From positions 60,563 to 124,562 of the forward strand of contig CAVYCT010000039.1 of the NCBI GenBank assembly GCA_963766945.1: 64,000 bases of DNA, written 5' to 3'. Positions 32,051 through 44,577 of the stretch are shown piece by piece. The notes under the pieces are model-generated. The model made no database searches, was not told the DNA's origin, and worked only from the letters and a program-made list of their open reading frames with translations. The translations under genes were made by a program, and so were the position numbers. Source of the stretch: an uncultured Actinomycetota bacterium (lineage in GTDB: Bacteria; Actinomycetota; Actinomycetes; Mycobacteriales; Mycobacteriaceae). Each line of letters starts with the position of its first letter. Position 1 is the first letter of the stretch.

Positions 32051-33787
32051 CTAACCAGCGGAGCTAACCGGCTCGATGGGCAGTTGTCGCAGCGCCCCCG
32101 GCGCGCCGGCGGGCACCACGGGGTGTTCCGGCGGTATCGGTGCAAGGCGCTTGTACGGCTGGCCCTGCGCCGGCCGCTGGTCCACCTGGCCCTTGTTGGG
32201 CCACAGCGACGCCGCCCGCTCGGCCTGAGCGGTGATCGACAGCGACGGATTGACACCCAGGTTCGCCGAGACCGACGCGCCGTCGTGCACCGACATGGTC
32301 GGGTAGTTGTACACGCGCTGATACGGGTCGATGACGCCGTGTTCGGCGCTGTCGCCGATCGCGGCGCCGCCGAGAAAATGAGCGGTGAGCGGGATGTTGA
32401 ACAGCTCACCCCACGTGCCGCCCGCGACGCCGTCGATCTTTTTCGCGATGCGGCGGGTCACCTCGTTGCCCGCCGGGATCCACGTCGGGTTCGGCTCTCC
32501 GTGACCCTGCTTACTGGTCATGCGACGGAACCCGAACCTGGTCCGTTCGGTGAACGTCGTGATCGAGTTGTCCAGGTGTTGCATCACCAGGGCGATCATC
32601 GTGCGTTCGCTCCAGCGCCGTGGATTGAGCAGTCGGAGCAATTTGCGCGGGTCTGACCCGGCTTGTTGGAAGAACTGCCGCCACCGCGGAACATCGGAGC
32701 CCTGCGGGCCCGCGCCGTCGGTCATCAGCGTCTGCAGCAGGCCCATCGCATTGCTGCCCTTGCCGTAGCGCACGGGCTCGACGTGGGTGTCGGCCGTCGG
32801 GTGTATCGACGACGTGATCGCCACGCCGTGCGTGAGGTCGAGATCGGGTGAGACCTCGAAGCGTCCGGCCCCGACAATCGACTCCGAGTTGGTCCGCGTC
32901 AGCACGCCCAGCTTGTCGGACAGCTTCGGCAGCTTGCCTTTGTCGCGCATCTTGAACAGCAGCTTCTGCGTGCCCCACGTCCCCGCGGACAGCACCACAT
33001 GGGTGGCGATGATCTTGCGTCGCTTACGCAGCAGCCAGCTGCCGGTGCGGACCGTGCGCACCTCCCACAGCCCGTCGGAACGCTGCTCGAACCCGGCCAC
33101 CGTGGTCATCGGAATGACTTCTGCCCCAGCCTTTTCGGCCAGTCCGAGATAATTCTTCAGCAAGGTGTTCTTGGCGCCGTAGCGGCAGCCGGTCATGCAC
33201 GAGCCGCATTCGATGCAACCGGTGCGCTCAGGCCCGGCCCCGCCGAAGTAGGGGTCTGGCACGGTCTTGCCGGGCGTCTTGGTGCCGTCGGGCCCGAAGA
33301 ACACGCCGACCGGCGTCGGCACGAAGGTGTCCTCGACGCCCATGTCGGCGGCGACCTCTTTCATGATGCGGTCGGCATCGGTGAAGGTCGGATTCTCGAC
33401 CACGCCGAGCATCCGCTGCGCCTGGTCGTAGTGAGGCATCAGCTCCGCGCGCCAGTCGGTGATGTTCTTCCACTGCGGGTCGTTGAAGAACGGGTCCGGA
33501 GGCACGTAGAGCGTGTTCGCGTAGTTCAGCGAGCCGCCGCCGACACCCGCGCCGGCCAGGATCATCACGTTTCGCAGCAGATGGATGCGCTGGATGCCGT
33601 ACATCCCGAGCCGCGGCGCCCACAGGAACTTGCGCAGGTTCCACGAGGTCTTGGCGAACTCGTCGTCGGCATAGCGACGGCCCGCCTCAAGGACCCCGAC
33701 CCGGTAGCCCTTCTCGGTGAGCCGCAACGCGGTCACGCTGCCGCCGAACCCCGATCCGATGACCAGCACGTCGTAGTCAGGCTTCAT
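32051..33787 (-). CDS. choD: GMC oxidoreductase / cholesterol oxidase (Rv3409c homolog)
   Basis: [38 protein letters not shown]; synteny with guaB3. Confidence 0.93.
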   Translation of the reverse strand: MKPDYDVLVIGSGFGGSVTALRLTEKGYRVGVLEAGRRYADDEFAKTSWNLRKFLWAPRLGMYGIQRIHLLRNVMILAGAGVGGGSLNYANTLYVPPDPFFNDPQWKNITDWRAELMPHYDQAQRMLGVVENPTFTDADRIMKEVAADMGVEDTFVPTPVGVFFGPDGTKTPGKTVPDPYFGGAGPERTGCIECGSCMTGCRYGAKNTLLKNYLGLAEKAGAEVIPMTTVAGFEQRSDGLWEVRTVRTGSWLLRKRRKIIATHVVLSAGTWGTQKLLFKMRDKGKLPKLSDKLGVLTRTNSESIVGAGRFEVSPDLDLTHGVAITSSIHPTADTHVEPVRYGKGSNAMGLLQTLMTDGAGPQGSDVPRWRQFFQQAGSDPRKLLRLLNPRRWSERTMIALVMQHLDNSITTFTERTRFGFRRMTSKQGHGEPNPTWIPAGNEVTRRIAKKIDGVAGGTWGELFNIPLTAHFLGGAAIGDSAEHGVIDPYQRVYNYPTMSVHDGASVSANLGVNPSLSITAQAERAASLWPNKGQVDQRPAQGQPYKRLAPIPPEHPVVPAGAPGALRQLPIEPVSSAG

Positions 33788-33930
33788 CGGCCCAGTATCT
33801 CCTTACCGGCGAGTAACGACTAGAAAGGTGACCCTAACTCCGCCAAATCGGCAATTTGACGCCGGCGACAGCAAATCCGGCGTAGCGTCGGCCGCACTGC
33901 CGGGCGACCTTCGACCAGGGAGAAGACCTC

Positions 33931-34302
33931 ATGTTGCGCGCATTTCTCGTTGCGCCAGCCATCGTCGCACTCGGCATGGCTCCGGTCGCCGGTGCGGACC
34001 CGGCTGTTCCCGGAATGACGCAGGACGCGGTGCTCGGGGAGCCCTGCACCAACACCACAAACTTCGTTTTCGGAACGAACGCCAGCGGTGCGATTCTTTC
34101 GTGCGGCAAGCCCGGCAAGCCCGGTGAATGGGTACAGATCTCCGGTTTGCTCGGGGTTCGGGAGATCGGTACGGACTGCTTCTCCGACGTGGTGAGCGTC
34201 AATCCCTCGGGCAGCGGTTGGACCGCCGCTCAGTCACCGGACGGTCTGCCGCTGTTCTGCGCCTACCCAACCGACACCTGGGAAGTGCATCCGACCCAAT
34301 GA
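33931..34302 (+). CDS. Small secreted protein with four Cys
   Basis: Signal peptide AGA-DP; LGEPC, LSC, IGTDC, AQSPDGLPLFC pattern. Confidence 0.75.
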   Translation: MLRAFLVAPAIVALGMAPVAGADPAVPGMTQDAVLGEPCTNTTNFVFGTNASGAILSCGKPGKPGEWVQISGLLGVREIGTDCFSDVVSVNPSGSGWTAAQSPDGLPLFCAYPTDTWEVHPTQ

Positions 34303-34313
34303 CGTTCGGCTAG

Positions 34314-35450
34314 TCAGCTGCCGACAGTCAGACCGACCTTCTGGAATTCCTTGAGGTCGCAATAGCCCGCCTTGGCCATCGATCGCCGCAGGCCACCCAC
34401 GAGGTTGAGCGAGCCGAACGGGTCGTCCGACGGGCCGGTCAGCACCTGCCGAAGCGACGGGCGCTCCCCGATGGCCACCTGCAGAAGAGCGCCGCGGGGC
34501 AGCGAAGGGTGGGCCGCGGCGGCGGGCCAGAACCAACCCTCCCCGAGAGCCTCGGCCGCTGTGGCCAGCGGTGTGCCGAGCACCACCGCGTCGGCGCCAC
34601 ACGCGATCGCCTTGGCCAGGTCGCCGGACGTGTGGATGTCGCCGTCTGCCAGCACATGCACGTACCGGCCACCCGTCTCGTCGAGATATTCGCGGCGCGC
34701 GGCGGCGGCGTCGGCGATCGCGGTGGCCATCGGAACGCTGATGCCGAGCACCTCATCGCTGGTCGTCACCCCGCTGGTGGAGCCATAACCGACGATGACA
34801 CCCGCGGCGCCGGTGCGCATCAGGTGCAGCGCCGTGCGGTGGTCGAGCACACCCCCGGCCACCACCGGTACGTCCAGCTCGGAGATGAAGGTCTTGAGGT
34901 TCAGCGGTTCCCCGTCGGAGGCGACCCGCTCCGCGGAGATGATCGTGCCCTGGATTACCAGCAGGTCGATGCCCGCGGCAACCAGTGACGGGGTCAGCGC
35001 CTGCGCGTTCTGCGGGCTGATCCGCACGGCCGTCGTCACCCCGGCGTCCCGGATGCGCGCGACCGCGGCGCCCAGCAGATCGGGATCCAGCGGCGCCGAA
35101 TGCAGCTGCTGCAGCAGCCGGATCGCTGCCGCGGGTTCGGGTTCCTTCTCCGCGGCCTCGATGACCTGGGCGATCTTCCCCTCGACGTCTGCGTGCCTGC
35201 CGATCAGGCCCTCGCCGTTGAGCACACCGAGGCCGCCGACCCGGCCGAGCTCGATGGCGAACTCGGCGGACACCAGCGCGTCGGTGGGATGTGACATCAC
35301 CGGGATCTCGAAGCGGTACGCGTCCAACTGCCATGCCGTCGAAACGTCCTGCGACGACCGGGTGCGCCGCGACGGCACGATGTTGATGTCGTCGAGTTCA
35401 AAGGTGCGGCGGGCTGTTCTGCCCATGCCGATTTCAACCATGTCTCGCAT
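34314..35450 (-). CDS. guaB3: GuaB3 IMP dehydrogenase-related protein
   Basis: MVEIGMGRTARR, WQLDAYRFE, ALHLMRTGAAGVIVG, GYCDLKEFQKV. Confidence 0.95.
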   Translation of the reverse strand: MRDMVEIGMGRTARRTFELDDINIVPSRRTRSSQDVSTAWQLDAYRFEIPVMSHPTDALVSAEFAIELGRVGGLGVLNGEGLIGRHADVEGKIAQVIEAAEKEPEPAAAIRLLQQLHSAPLDPDLLGAAVARIRDAGVTTAVRISPQNAQALTPSLVAAGIDLLVIQGTIISAERVASDGEPLNLKTFISELDVPVVAGGVLDHRTALHLMRTGAAGVIVGYGSTSGVTTSDEVLGISVPMATAIADAAAARREYLDETGGRYVHVLADGDIHTSGDLAKAIACGADAVVLGTPLATAAEALGEGWFWPAAAAHPSLPRGALLQVAIGERPSLRQVLTGPSDDPFGSLNLVGGLRRSMAKAGYCDLKEFQKVGLTVGS

Positions 35451-35464
35451 GGCCTGTCCCCCTG

Positions 35465-37051
<1,587 letters not shown>

Positions 37052-37175
37052 CTAAAGACTCATCTTATCGGCATTGACGTGCCCGGTTCGGTGCCACACT
37101 GGTTGTGGGTTACGCCCGTGCGGCGTGCCGCTTTACGGCTGGCGCGATATGGATGCGGCTGCGTAATGTGGAGTC

Positions 37176-37580
37176 GTGCGAGATCACCTGCCACCGGGTT
37201 TGCCGCCAGATCCGTTCGCCGACGACCCCGCCGACCCCTCTGCGGCACTCGATGCCCTCGAGCCGGGCCAGCCGCTGGACCCGCAGGAGCGGACCGCGGT
37301 CGAGGCAGATCTCGCCGACCTTGCGGTATATGAGGCGTTGTTGGCGCACAAGGGAATTCGCGGCTTGGTGGTGTGCTGCGACGAATGCCAGCAGGACCAC
37401 TACCACGACTGGGACATGCTGCGCGCGAATCTGCTGCAGCTGCTCGTCGACGGGACTGTGCGACCCCACGAACCGGCCTATGACCCGGAACCCGACGCCT
37501 ATGTCACCTGGGATTACTGCCGCGGATACGCCGACGCCTCACTCAACGAGGCGACATCGGAATCCGACGGATATCGCTGA
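37176..37580 (+). CDS. DUF5319 conserved protein (Rv3412 homolog)
   Basis: MRDHLPPGLPPDPFA, CCDEC, HYHDW, WDYCRGY. Confidence 0.9.
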   Translation: MRDHLPPGLPPDPFADDPADPSAALDALEPGQPLDPQERTAVEADLADLAVYEALLAHKGIRGLVVCCDECQQDHYHDWDMLRANLLQLLVDGTVRPHEPAYDPEPDAYVTWDYCRGYADASLNEATSESDGYR

Positions 37581-37604
37581 GGGCGTACGCCCGATTCCCG
37601 TCTT

Positions 37605-38849
37605 CTAACCCGGCCCGCCGCCCGGTTCGGGCACCACGACAGTGGTCGTGACCTCGGACTTCGGCGCCTGCACGGTCGATGGCGCCTTCGGTGCCTGCAC
37701 GGTCGATGGCTCCTTCGGCGCCTGCACGGCCGGTGGCTCCTCTTGCACCGCCGCCGGCGGCGCGGGCACCGCAGTCGGCGCCGCGAGCCTGGTCGTGGGG
37801 GTCGGCAACGGCGCCACCGCTGACGGTGTCGGCAACGGCGCCACCGCTGACGGTGTCGGCAACGGCGCCACCGCTGACGGTGTCGGCAACGGCGCCGAAG
37901 GCGGTGGTGTTGACGGTGGCGCCGTTTGCAGCGCCGTCTGCGTGTTGGGCGGCGGTGCGGACACAGATGTCGTCGGCGGCGGCTTCTGCGCCGACGAACT
38001 CGGCGGCGGCGACGAGGTGGTCCCCGGCGCTGACGTCGTGGTCTCCGATGGCGGGGTCGTAGTCGTGGCCTCCGACGGCGAGGTGGTCGTGGTCGAAGCC
38101 GGCGACGACGTGGTGGTATCCGAGGGGGACGTGGTGGTCTCCGACGACGTGGTCTCCGACGACGTGGTGGTCGTGGAGGTGTCCGTTCCCGGTGCGACAA
38201 CGACCGGCACGTCGGGGAAGACGGGCGGCGGCGCACCCGGCGGCACGGTCGCGGCCGGGTCCTGCTGCTCGACCTTCACCGTCAGCTCTTGCCACTGAGT
38301 GACCAGATCCTGTTTCTGCTCAACATCATTCACCGTCGCGACGGTGGTGGTCAGCGTCTGCAGCTTGTCCTGAGCGGCTTGCCATTGGCCGTCATCGACC
38401 AGCTGCTGCACCTCGGCGAGCTGCTGGCTGGCGAGCATCACCGCGGTATCGCTGGTTTTCTGCTGCTCCCCGAAGATCATGGTGTGCAGCCCGTACAGCG
38501 AGTCGCCGGGACCGGCACCCGCGACGACGCTGACGAATCCGCCGAGACAGAGCACCGCCGCAGCGGCCGAGCCGACGACGGCCAACGTACGGCTGCGCTT
38601 GCGGGATGCGGAAGCGCGGTCCAATGCGAACACCGCGTCGCGCGGTGTCACCGGCACCGACAGCGGCGGCGTGCGCACCTCGTCGCGCCACCCGGCAAGT
38701 AGATTCGCGAGTTCGGCCTCGCCGGGATCGGTCGCATACACCGGCTGCTCGAAGGCGAGCGAGTCCAGGAACCGGTCGGTGCGGTTGATGTCGTTGAGCG
38801 ACGGATCACCGCCGTTGGCGCCCCAGCGTCCGAAGTCAGGCATGGTCAT
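37605..38849 (-). CDS. rsdA: Anti-sigma-D factor RsdA
   Basis: TDRFLDSL, LLAGWRDEVR, TM helix, PGDSLYGL, Pro/Thr/Ser tail; directly downstream of sigD. Confidence 0.9.
   Translation of the reverse strand: MTMPDFGRWGANGGDPSLNDINRTDRFLDSLAFEQPVYATDPGEAELANLLAGWRDEVRTPPLSVPVTPRDAVFALDRASASRKRSRTLAVVGSAAAAVLCLGGFVSVVAGAGPGDSLYGLHTMIFGEQQKTSDTAVMLASQQLAEVQQLVDDGQWQAAQDKLQTLTTTVATVNDVEQKQDLVTQWQELTVKVEQQDPAATVPPGAPPPVFPDVPVVVAPGTDTSTTTTSSETTSSETTTSPSDTTTSSPASTTTTSPSEATTTTPPSETTTSAPGTTSSPPPSSSAQKPPPTTSVSAPPPNTQTALQTAPPSTPPPSAPLPTPSAVAPLPTPSAVAPLPTPSAVAPLPTPTTRLAAPTAVPAPPAAVQEEPPAVQAPKEPSTVQAPKAPSTVQAPKSEVTTTVVVPEPGGGPG
37660..37729. repeat. Imperfect 27 bp tandem repeat (about 2.6 copies) in rsdA
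   Basis: Encodes (E/A)PSTVQAPK units. Confidence 0.8.
37801..37896. repeat. Perfect 27 bp tandem repeat (about 3.5 copies) in rsdA
   Basis: GTCGGCAACGGCGCCACCGCTGACGGT at 37801, 37828 and 37855; encodes PLPTPSAVA. Confidence 0.92.
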
Positions 38850-39414
38850 GCCCCGTCGCCATGATTTCGGACTTCAGCCGCCCCAGCGCGCGATGCTGAG
38901 CGACCCGAACCGCGCCGGCGGTGCTTCCGACCGCCTCGGCGACCTCCTCGGCGCTCATGCCGACGACCACACGCAGGATCAGGATTTCGCGCTGCTTCTC
39001 CGGCAGCACAGCGAGGAGGGCCTTCATCCGGGCCGACGATTCGGAGTCCAAGGCCATCTGCTCAGGTCCGGCGTCCACAGAGAACCGCTCCGGTACGACG
39101 TCGGTCGGATCGGATTTGTTGCGGCCGGCTGCGCGATGAGCATCAGCGACCTTGTGTGCTGCAATGCCGTACACAAAGGCCAGGAACGGTCGTCCCTGAT
39201 CCTTGTAGCGCGGCAGCGCCGTGATGGCGGCCAAGCACACCTCCTGAGCGATATCGTCTGCTGAGAGACCGCTTCGCTCTGCCGCGCCAACTCTTGCCCG
39301 GCAATACCGGACAATTATCGGTCGGATGGTCTCCAGCACCTGCCGGAGCGCATCCCGATTGCCCGCAACCGCCTCAGCAACGACAGCATCGAGACGTTCT
39401 CCCGAAATTGTCAT
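38836..39414 (-). CDS. sigD: ECF sigma factor SigD
   Basis: IVRYCRARVG, DDIAQEVCLA, GRPFLAFVYGIAAHKVADAHR, GAVRVAQHRAL. Confidence 0.95.
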   Translation of the reverse strand: MTISGERLDAVVAEAVAGNRDALRQVLETIRPIIVRYCRARVGAAERSGLSADDIAQEVCLAAITALPRYKDQGRPFLAFVYGIAAHKVADAHRAAGRNKSDPTDVVPERFSVDAGPEQMALDSESSARMKALLAVLPEKQREILILRVVVGMSAEEVAEAVGSTAGAVRVAQHRALGRLKSEIMATGHDHA

Positions 39415-39504
39415 CGTGGGTGATCTCTCCAGCGTTACGAGCGGGACCCGACCCGGCAGGGTGAGCTGAGCTAAACAATAACTTTCAGGAGGTGCTTGAC
39501 CCGG

Positions 39505-40309
39505 TCAGCGCACCGACCACACGCCGCCCCGAAGCCGAACTGTGTCCGTCGACTCGTCGCGAATGGCCACCACCTCGGCCGACGACCGCGTCGAGCTGCC
39601 GATATCGGCCAGCAAGCACGCCAACGCCCATCTCAGCGGGATCATTCCGAGCCGTTCGGTCGCGTCCAGCGCGGGGTCGGCGACCCGGCGTGAGGTCTCT
39701 ATCTCACCCGCACTGCACAGCGCGGCCGCCAGCACGACCTGCGATTTGACGGTGTGTCGCGTCGAACCGAGGTCCGCGGCTTGCGCGATGGCCTCCTCGG
39801 CGTGCGCGACCGCCGTCGGGCCCTGCCCGCCTGCCATCGCCAATTCCGCCGAAACCCAGGCGAGCCGCACCCGCCCCCGCACCGTATCCGCGCCGAGGTC
39901 GGCGGCACGGTCAAGCGCCCGCGCCGATGCCGCGAGCCGGCCCATGCCGAGCGCGTCGGCGGCGAGTCCGACGAGCGCGTCCCCCGCGCGGGCAGGTCGG
40001 CGCCGGCCAGCGCCACCGCCTTGCCGTCCCAGGTCCGGGCCTGGGCGTGCCAGCCGAGCTGCCGCAGGAACGACGCGCGTGTGCTGTGCGCCAATGACAC
40101 CAACGGGTCGGAGCCCGCCCGCGGCACAGCTCCGTGAGATCCGCGACGGCGCTGCCGTACCGCCCCTGGCCGCCTGCGGCGACCGCCCGCAGCCACAGTT
40201 CGTGCGGTGTCGACGCGGCAGGCAGCGGCCAGCGTCCAGGGTCGTCCCCGAAGGCGGCGTTGGTGAGTATCGCGGCTGTGGCGGGCCGGGCGCCGGCGGA
40301 AGTTGTCAT
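39505..40309 (-). CDS. Conserved hypothetical protein (Rv3415c homolog), frameshifted
   Basis: AAFGDDPGRWPLP, WLRAVAAGGQGRY, RQLGWH, VRLAWVSAELA; position between sigD and whiB3. Confidence 0.8.
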
Positions 40310-40734
40310 GCGATGGCGACGCTATCAACGCCGCGCGAAGTACCCGATACCGGCGGGCACGCATTAGCCATGCGACCCAATTAACATTCGTTAACAGTTG
40401 ATGCTGCTGAAGTTAATTCCATGTAAGCCGCCTTCCGAGCACGGCGGATATGCGGCGCGACACCCTCGACGCGATCAGGACAAACGCGAGTCTTGTTCGC
40501 CCACCGGATGTTTGCGAGGCATCGATTTCGCGGCCGCAAAGTCCCAACGATGAACGTGATGTAAATTCTCGGCCTGCGGCTATGCGGTTGAGCACATGAT
40601 CGGGCTATTGACGGAATTTCGTGAGCCCCCCTAGTTTGTGTGGACGAGTAGTCATCGGCGACTTGGCTCGAATCGGTTCCACGGCTCACGCACCCGCGCT
40701 AACGCGAAAAGGTGTGTAGGGAGGGGTTTTCCAA

Positions 40735-41024
40735 ATGCCACAGCCGCAGCAGCTACCCGGACCCAACGCCGACATCTGGGACTGGCAGATGCATGGCCTG
40801 TGCCGCGGCGTCGATTCGTCGATGTTCTTTCATCCCGACGGCGAACGCGGCCGGGCCCGCGCGCAGCGCGAGATGCGCGCCAAGGAGATGTGCCGACCTG
40901 CCCGGTGCTCGCGCAGTGCCGTACTCATGCCCTGGCAGTCGGCGAGCCCTACGGCATCTGGGGCGGCCTCTCGGAGTCCGAGCGGGAGATGTTACTGAAG
41001 CGAGGCATCCGCCGCGCCTCGTAA
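40735..41024 (+). CDS. whiB3: Redox-sensing Fe-S regulator WhiB3, one frameshift
   Basis: MPQPQQLPGPNADIWDWQ..CRG..FFHPDGERG, then CPVLAQCRTHAL..EPYGIWGGLSE. Confidence 0.95.
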
Positions 41025-41035
41025 CCCTGACGTGG

Positions 41036-41073
41036 AAAGGCCCCAACCCGACCGCAGCGGGGTGGGGCCTTTT
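41036..41073 (+). terminator. Hairpin terminator after whiB3 (possibly bidirectional)
   Basis: AAAGGCCCCA...TGGGGCCTTTT. Confidence 0.75.
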
Positions 41074-41117
41074 CATTCGCGACTACGCGAGATTCTATGC
41101 GACGCTCCACGCCGACG

Positions 41118-41579
41118 TCAGAGCACAGGGCGATGTAGTCGGATGCGAGCAGCAGGTAGACATGTTCTGTTCGTGTGCCGATCCGATGACACGTATACCC
41201 CGTCGAAGAGGTCCGTCGTCTCGCCACAGCAGAACGTGAACACGAAGCTGTGCAGGATCTCGTGGCACATGTCCGCAACGGAAAGCGTCCTTCGACGGCC
41301 GTTCTCGAAGTCGTAGGAATCGACGATGTCGGAGGGAAAGCGTGGATCGGGTGGAGCTCCTGTCAGATCGAAACGCCTGACCGGGATTTGACGCTGTCGG
41401 AGGTCGTCGCGACACAGTGTCGACTCGATCAGCTTTCGCATCGTGTACGCGCTCACCATGAAGTCGCGTTCGATCAGGTAGCCCGTTCGGTCGGTCCACC
41501 GCTTCTGCTTTGTCTTTGCTTCCAATCGATCAGCGATCTTGACGAGCTCGTCTATTCCACGGGATGAGTCATCGATCAC
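41118..41579 (-). CDS. Hypothetical protein; 3' end uncertain
   Basis: GTGA overlap with the ThrE-family gene stop; protein-like composition (ELVKIADRLE...IERDFMVSAYTMRKLIES...CHEILHSFVF). Confidence 0.6.
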   Translation of the reverse strand: MIDDSSRGIDELVKIADRLEAKTKQKRWTDRTGYLIERDFMVSAYTMRKLIESTLCRDDLRQRQIPVRRFDLTGAPPDPRFPSDIVDSYDFENGRRRTLSVADMCHEILHSFVFTFCCGETTDLFDGVYVSSDRHTNRTCLPAARIRLHRPVL

Positions 41580-43015
41580 GAAGTGACAATAGGTTCTGAA
41601 GTCGACGCGAAGCGCTCCCGGTTCCTGCCGCGGCTGCGGCGACGAGCCGCGAGGCGGCGCCTCCGAACCTTCCACGAACTCCATTCGCCCAACGTGACGC
41701 CGGCCGCGAGCGCGGTACCGATCGCCAGTGCACCCAACACCGATGCGAACCCGACGGCGTGCTGGTCGTTGAGAATCGCGTAGATGCCGTGCAGCAGCGC
41801 CAGGCCCGGCAGCAGAGGCACGATGCCCGCGATCGACACGACCATCGGCGGCGCGAGATTGCGGCGTTCCATCAGCCGGCCGACCAAGCCGATCGGCACC
41901 GCCGCGGCGAACGACGCCACCACGGCACCCAATCCCGCGCCCTGCGCCAGAAGAAACGCGATGGTGCCCGCGGCACCGCCGAACGCCGCAGCGACCGCCG
42001 CGGTCCGTTCGGCATAGCAGGCCAGGGCGTAGGCCGCCGCGCTCGCCGCGCCGAATGCGACACGCGCAGGCAGCTCGGCCAGGGCGGGCGGCGCATCCGC
42101 GCTGATGGCGACGAACGGCGCACCGAAGCGGTTGGCGAGGTGCAGAACCAGCGCCACACCCGCGATCGTCGCGGCGGTCATCATGACCAACTCGAAGAAG
42201 CGGGCGGCGGCGGTGACCGGGGCGCCGGTGATGACGTCGCCGACCGAGCCCACCAGCGAAAGTCCGGCGAGAAGCACGACCAGGCCGGCGGCGATGGCCA
42301 CCGTCGGTTCGAAATGCAGGCCCAGCTTGGGGCTGAGCCAGTAGAGCACCAGCGGCGGCGCGGTCGCGATCGCGCCGCCGACCGCGTACTGGAAGAAGAA
42401 CGGCAGTCCATGCCTGTTGAGTCGCCGGTTGACCCGGTCGATCGTCATGGCGCTCAGGGCGCTGACCAGGCAGGCCAGCAGGCCGGCGCCCAGCGTTCCC
42501 GCCGTCGCGAAGGCCAGCGCGCCCCAGGCGAGGGTGGCCACCCAGCGCTTGTACGGATGCGGCGCGGTGACGATGGCGTCGAGCTCGTCGCGCGCCTGCG
42601 ATGGCGACACCTGGCCGGCGCGGATGCGCCCGATCAAGCGGTCGACGGCCGCCAGCCTGCTGAAGTCCATCGACCGGGACTGCACGATATGCAGCGTGCT
42701 GGCCGGCGGCGACGTCGGCCCGCGGTACGCGGAGACGTGGATCGTCGTGTTGATGACGTCGACCTCGCAGCGCTCGATGCCGTACGCGGCGGTGATCGCC
42801 GTCACCTGGTCCATCGTGGCGGTCGCCGGCATCCCGGAGGCCATCAGGATGGCGCCGATGCTTCCGGCCAGGTCGAGCACCTCGCCGACCCGCGCGTCGT
42901 AGGCGTCGTCGCGGTCTCTGCGCTCCCGATCCGCGTTATCCGCGGCAGGCTGTCCGTCGGCGGCTCGGTCTCCCGAACGATTCGGTTCAAGATCTCGCGC
43001 TGACGTGCCCGCCAT
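41576..43015 (-). CDS. Threonine/serine exporter family (ThrE) membrane protein
   Basis: MDFSRLAAVDRL, PHPYKRW, about 10 TM helices, VPLLPGLAL. Confidence 0.88.
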   Translation of the reverse strand: MAGTSARDLEPNRSGDRAADGQPAADNADRERRDRDDAYDARVGEVLDLAGSIGAILMASGMPATATMDQVTAITAAYGIERCEVDVINTTIHVSAYRGPTSPPASTLHIVQSRSMDFSRLAAVDRLIGRIRAGQVSPSQARDELDAIVTAPHPYKRWVATLAWGALAFATAGTLGAGLLACLVSALSAMTIDRVNRRLNRHGLPFFFQYAVGGAIATAPPLVLYWLSPKLGLHFEPTVAIAAGLVVLLAGLSLVGSVGDVITGAPVTAAARFFELVMMTAATIAGVALVLHLANRFGAPFVAISADAPPALAELPARVAFGAASAAAYALACYAERTAAVAAAFGGAAGTIAFLLAQGAGLGAVVASFAAAVPIGLVGRLMERRNLAPPMVVSIAGIVPLLPGLALLHGIYAILNDQHAVGFASVLGALAIGTALAAGVTLGEWSSWKVRRRRLAARRRSRGRNRERFASTSEPIVTS

Positions 43016-43249
43016 GGCTGGCCCGCACGATCACGGGTCGACTCCACAGCACTCCCTCCTGACAAATCGACGAACTCGGACAAGCCTTTTGGTGTTATAG
43101 CTCGCTTCCTCAGAGCCTGGCAGCGTCGACGTCCGCGGTTTGCGTGACGGACTCTTGCGCATAGAGGAGCGGCAAAGCCATTCTGACTGCCCGGAGATTC
43201 GGCATAACTGTCGTGCCCCTGGCCGTGAGAATCAGCACAGTTCGCAGAT

Positions 43250-43872
43250 CTAGCCGTCGAGCGGGTTGCCCATGATACGTCCGGCCCCGTTGGTGGCAAT
43301 CGATGTGGCTGCGGCGCTGCCCGGCTTGCGTTTCGCCTGATCCTCGAAAGCACGCCACGAATTCGCCGGCCGAATCCTTGCCGGGGATAGCTGCGCGAGT
43401 ACCTCCGCCCTCAGCTTCGGCCGGGAACTCCTCCGGCCGGCGCCCGGCCACGTCCCAAGCTCGTCGCGACCTGCAGGATGTGGGACTCGGGGTCAGCGGC
43501 CGCAGACACGTCGTCGCGCATGTGCAGCACGATGATCTCCGTTGCCCTGGCGGCGCGATCGGCCGGCCAACCGGCCGCCACCCCGAACACCCATGCCAGC
43601 TCCCCGCCCGCCTCCTCGAAGGGCATCAGGTGGCTGTCGAATGCGTCGGTGAGACCGATGTCGTGAAGCATCGCCGAGACGTAAAGGAGTTCGTCGTCGA
43701 AGGTGATGCCGTGCGCTGAGGCGTACATCGCGCCCCACACGTAGGCACGGACGCAGTGGTTGAGCAACGCGGGCGAATAGAAGCGGCTAGCGACTGAAAG
43801 TGCGGCTGTCGTCGCCGGCGTCTGCGGAAACACGGGGCGCAATCCTGTTGTCAGATCGGCGATACCGTCCAT
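43250..43872 (-). CDS. HD-domain protein (cyanamide hydratase-like), frameshifted
   Basis: LNHCVRAY, AMLHDIGL, FEEAGG, IVLHM; end GNPLDG*. Confidence 0.8.
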
Positions 43873-43884
43873 GGTGTCTTCCTT

Positions 43885-44577
43885 TCAGGTGAGCGAACCT
43901 CTTATGAGTCGTGCCAACGCTGCGGGCTGGGAGAGAAACGGCGAGTGCGACGCGCTCAACCGCTGGACCTCGTCTGCGCGCTTGGCGAACAGCTCCTGGT
44001 CGGCGACTGGGATCGCGTTGTCCTCTTCACAGACAACGTATGTACTCGGAATGACCTTCCACGCGGCCTCGGTCAGTTGCTGTGACATCGAGGCGTATGA
44101 CTGGTAACCGAGTTGGCGGACGGCGCGCCGGGCGGTGACGTCGTCGACGTCGTTGTAGAACACGGTCATGGGCGTCATGGCTTCGACGTAGTCGCCGCCG
44201 GCGCCGTGGTGGAGCCTCGACCATGGCATCAATCCCCCGTCGGCAGACAGCAGCGACTCACCGGGACAGAGCTGGAACGCGGCGAGATAGATCAGGCGGC
44301 GGACGTTTCTCGCGGACGGGAACGCTTGCGTGGTGGGTATGCCGCCATACGAGTGAGCAAGCACGACGACCGGCCCGTCGATGGCGGCCGCGGCCTGCGC
44401 GATCACCTCGGCGTCCGCATACATGTCGCCGAGGAGGGCTGGGTCATCGCCGCTGCTCGTCAACGTCACGACGTGCACGTCGATATCCGACAGCTCTTCC
44501 ACGAGTAGACCGAAGTGGTCGGGCTTGTGCCAGCCGCCAGGGACGATGAGCAGTGACGGAAGCGTCGGCTCCGTCAT
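43885..44577 (-). CDS. Alpha/beta hydrolase
   Basis: VPGGWH, AHSYGG, EDNAIP, SHSPFLSQP. Confidence 0.9.
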   Translation of the reverse strand: MTEPTLPSLLIVPGGWHKPDHFGLLVEELSDIDVHVVTLTSSGDDPALLGDMYADAEVIAQAAAAIDGPVVVLAHSYGGIPTTQAFPSARNVRRLIYLAAFQLCPGESLLSADGGLMPWSRLHHGAGGDYVEAMTPMTVFYNDVDDVTARRAVRQLGYQSYASMSQQLTEAAWKVIPSTYVVCEEDNAIPVADQELFAKRADEVQRLSASHSPFLSQPAALARLIRGSLT

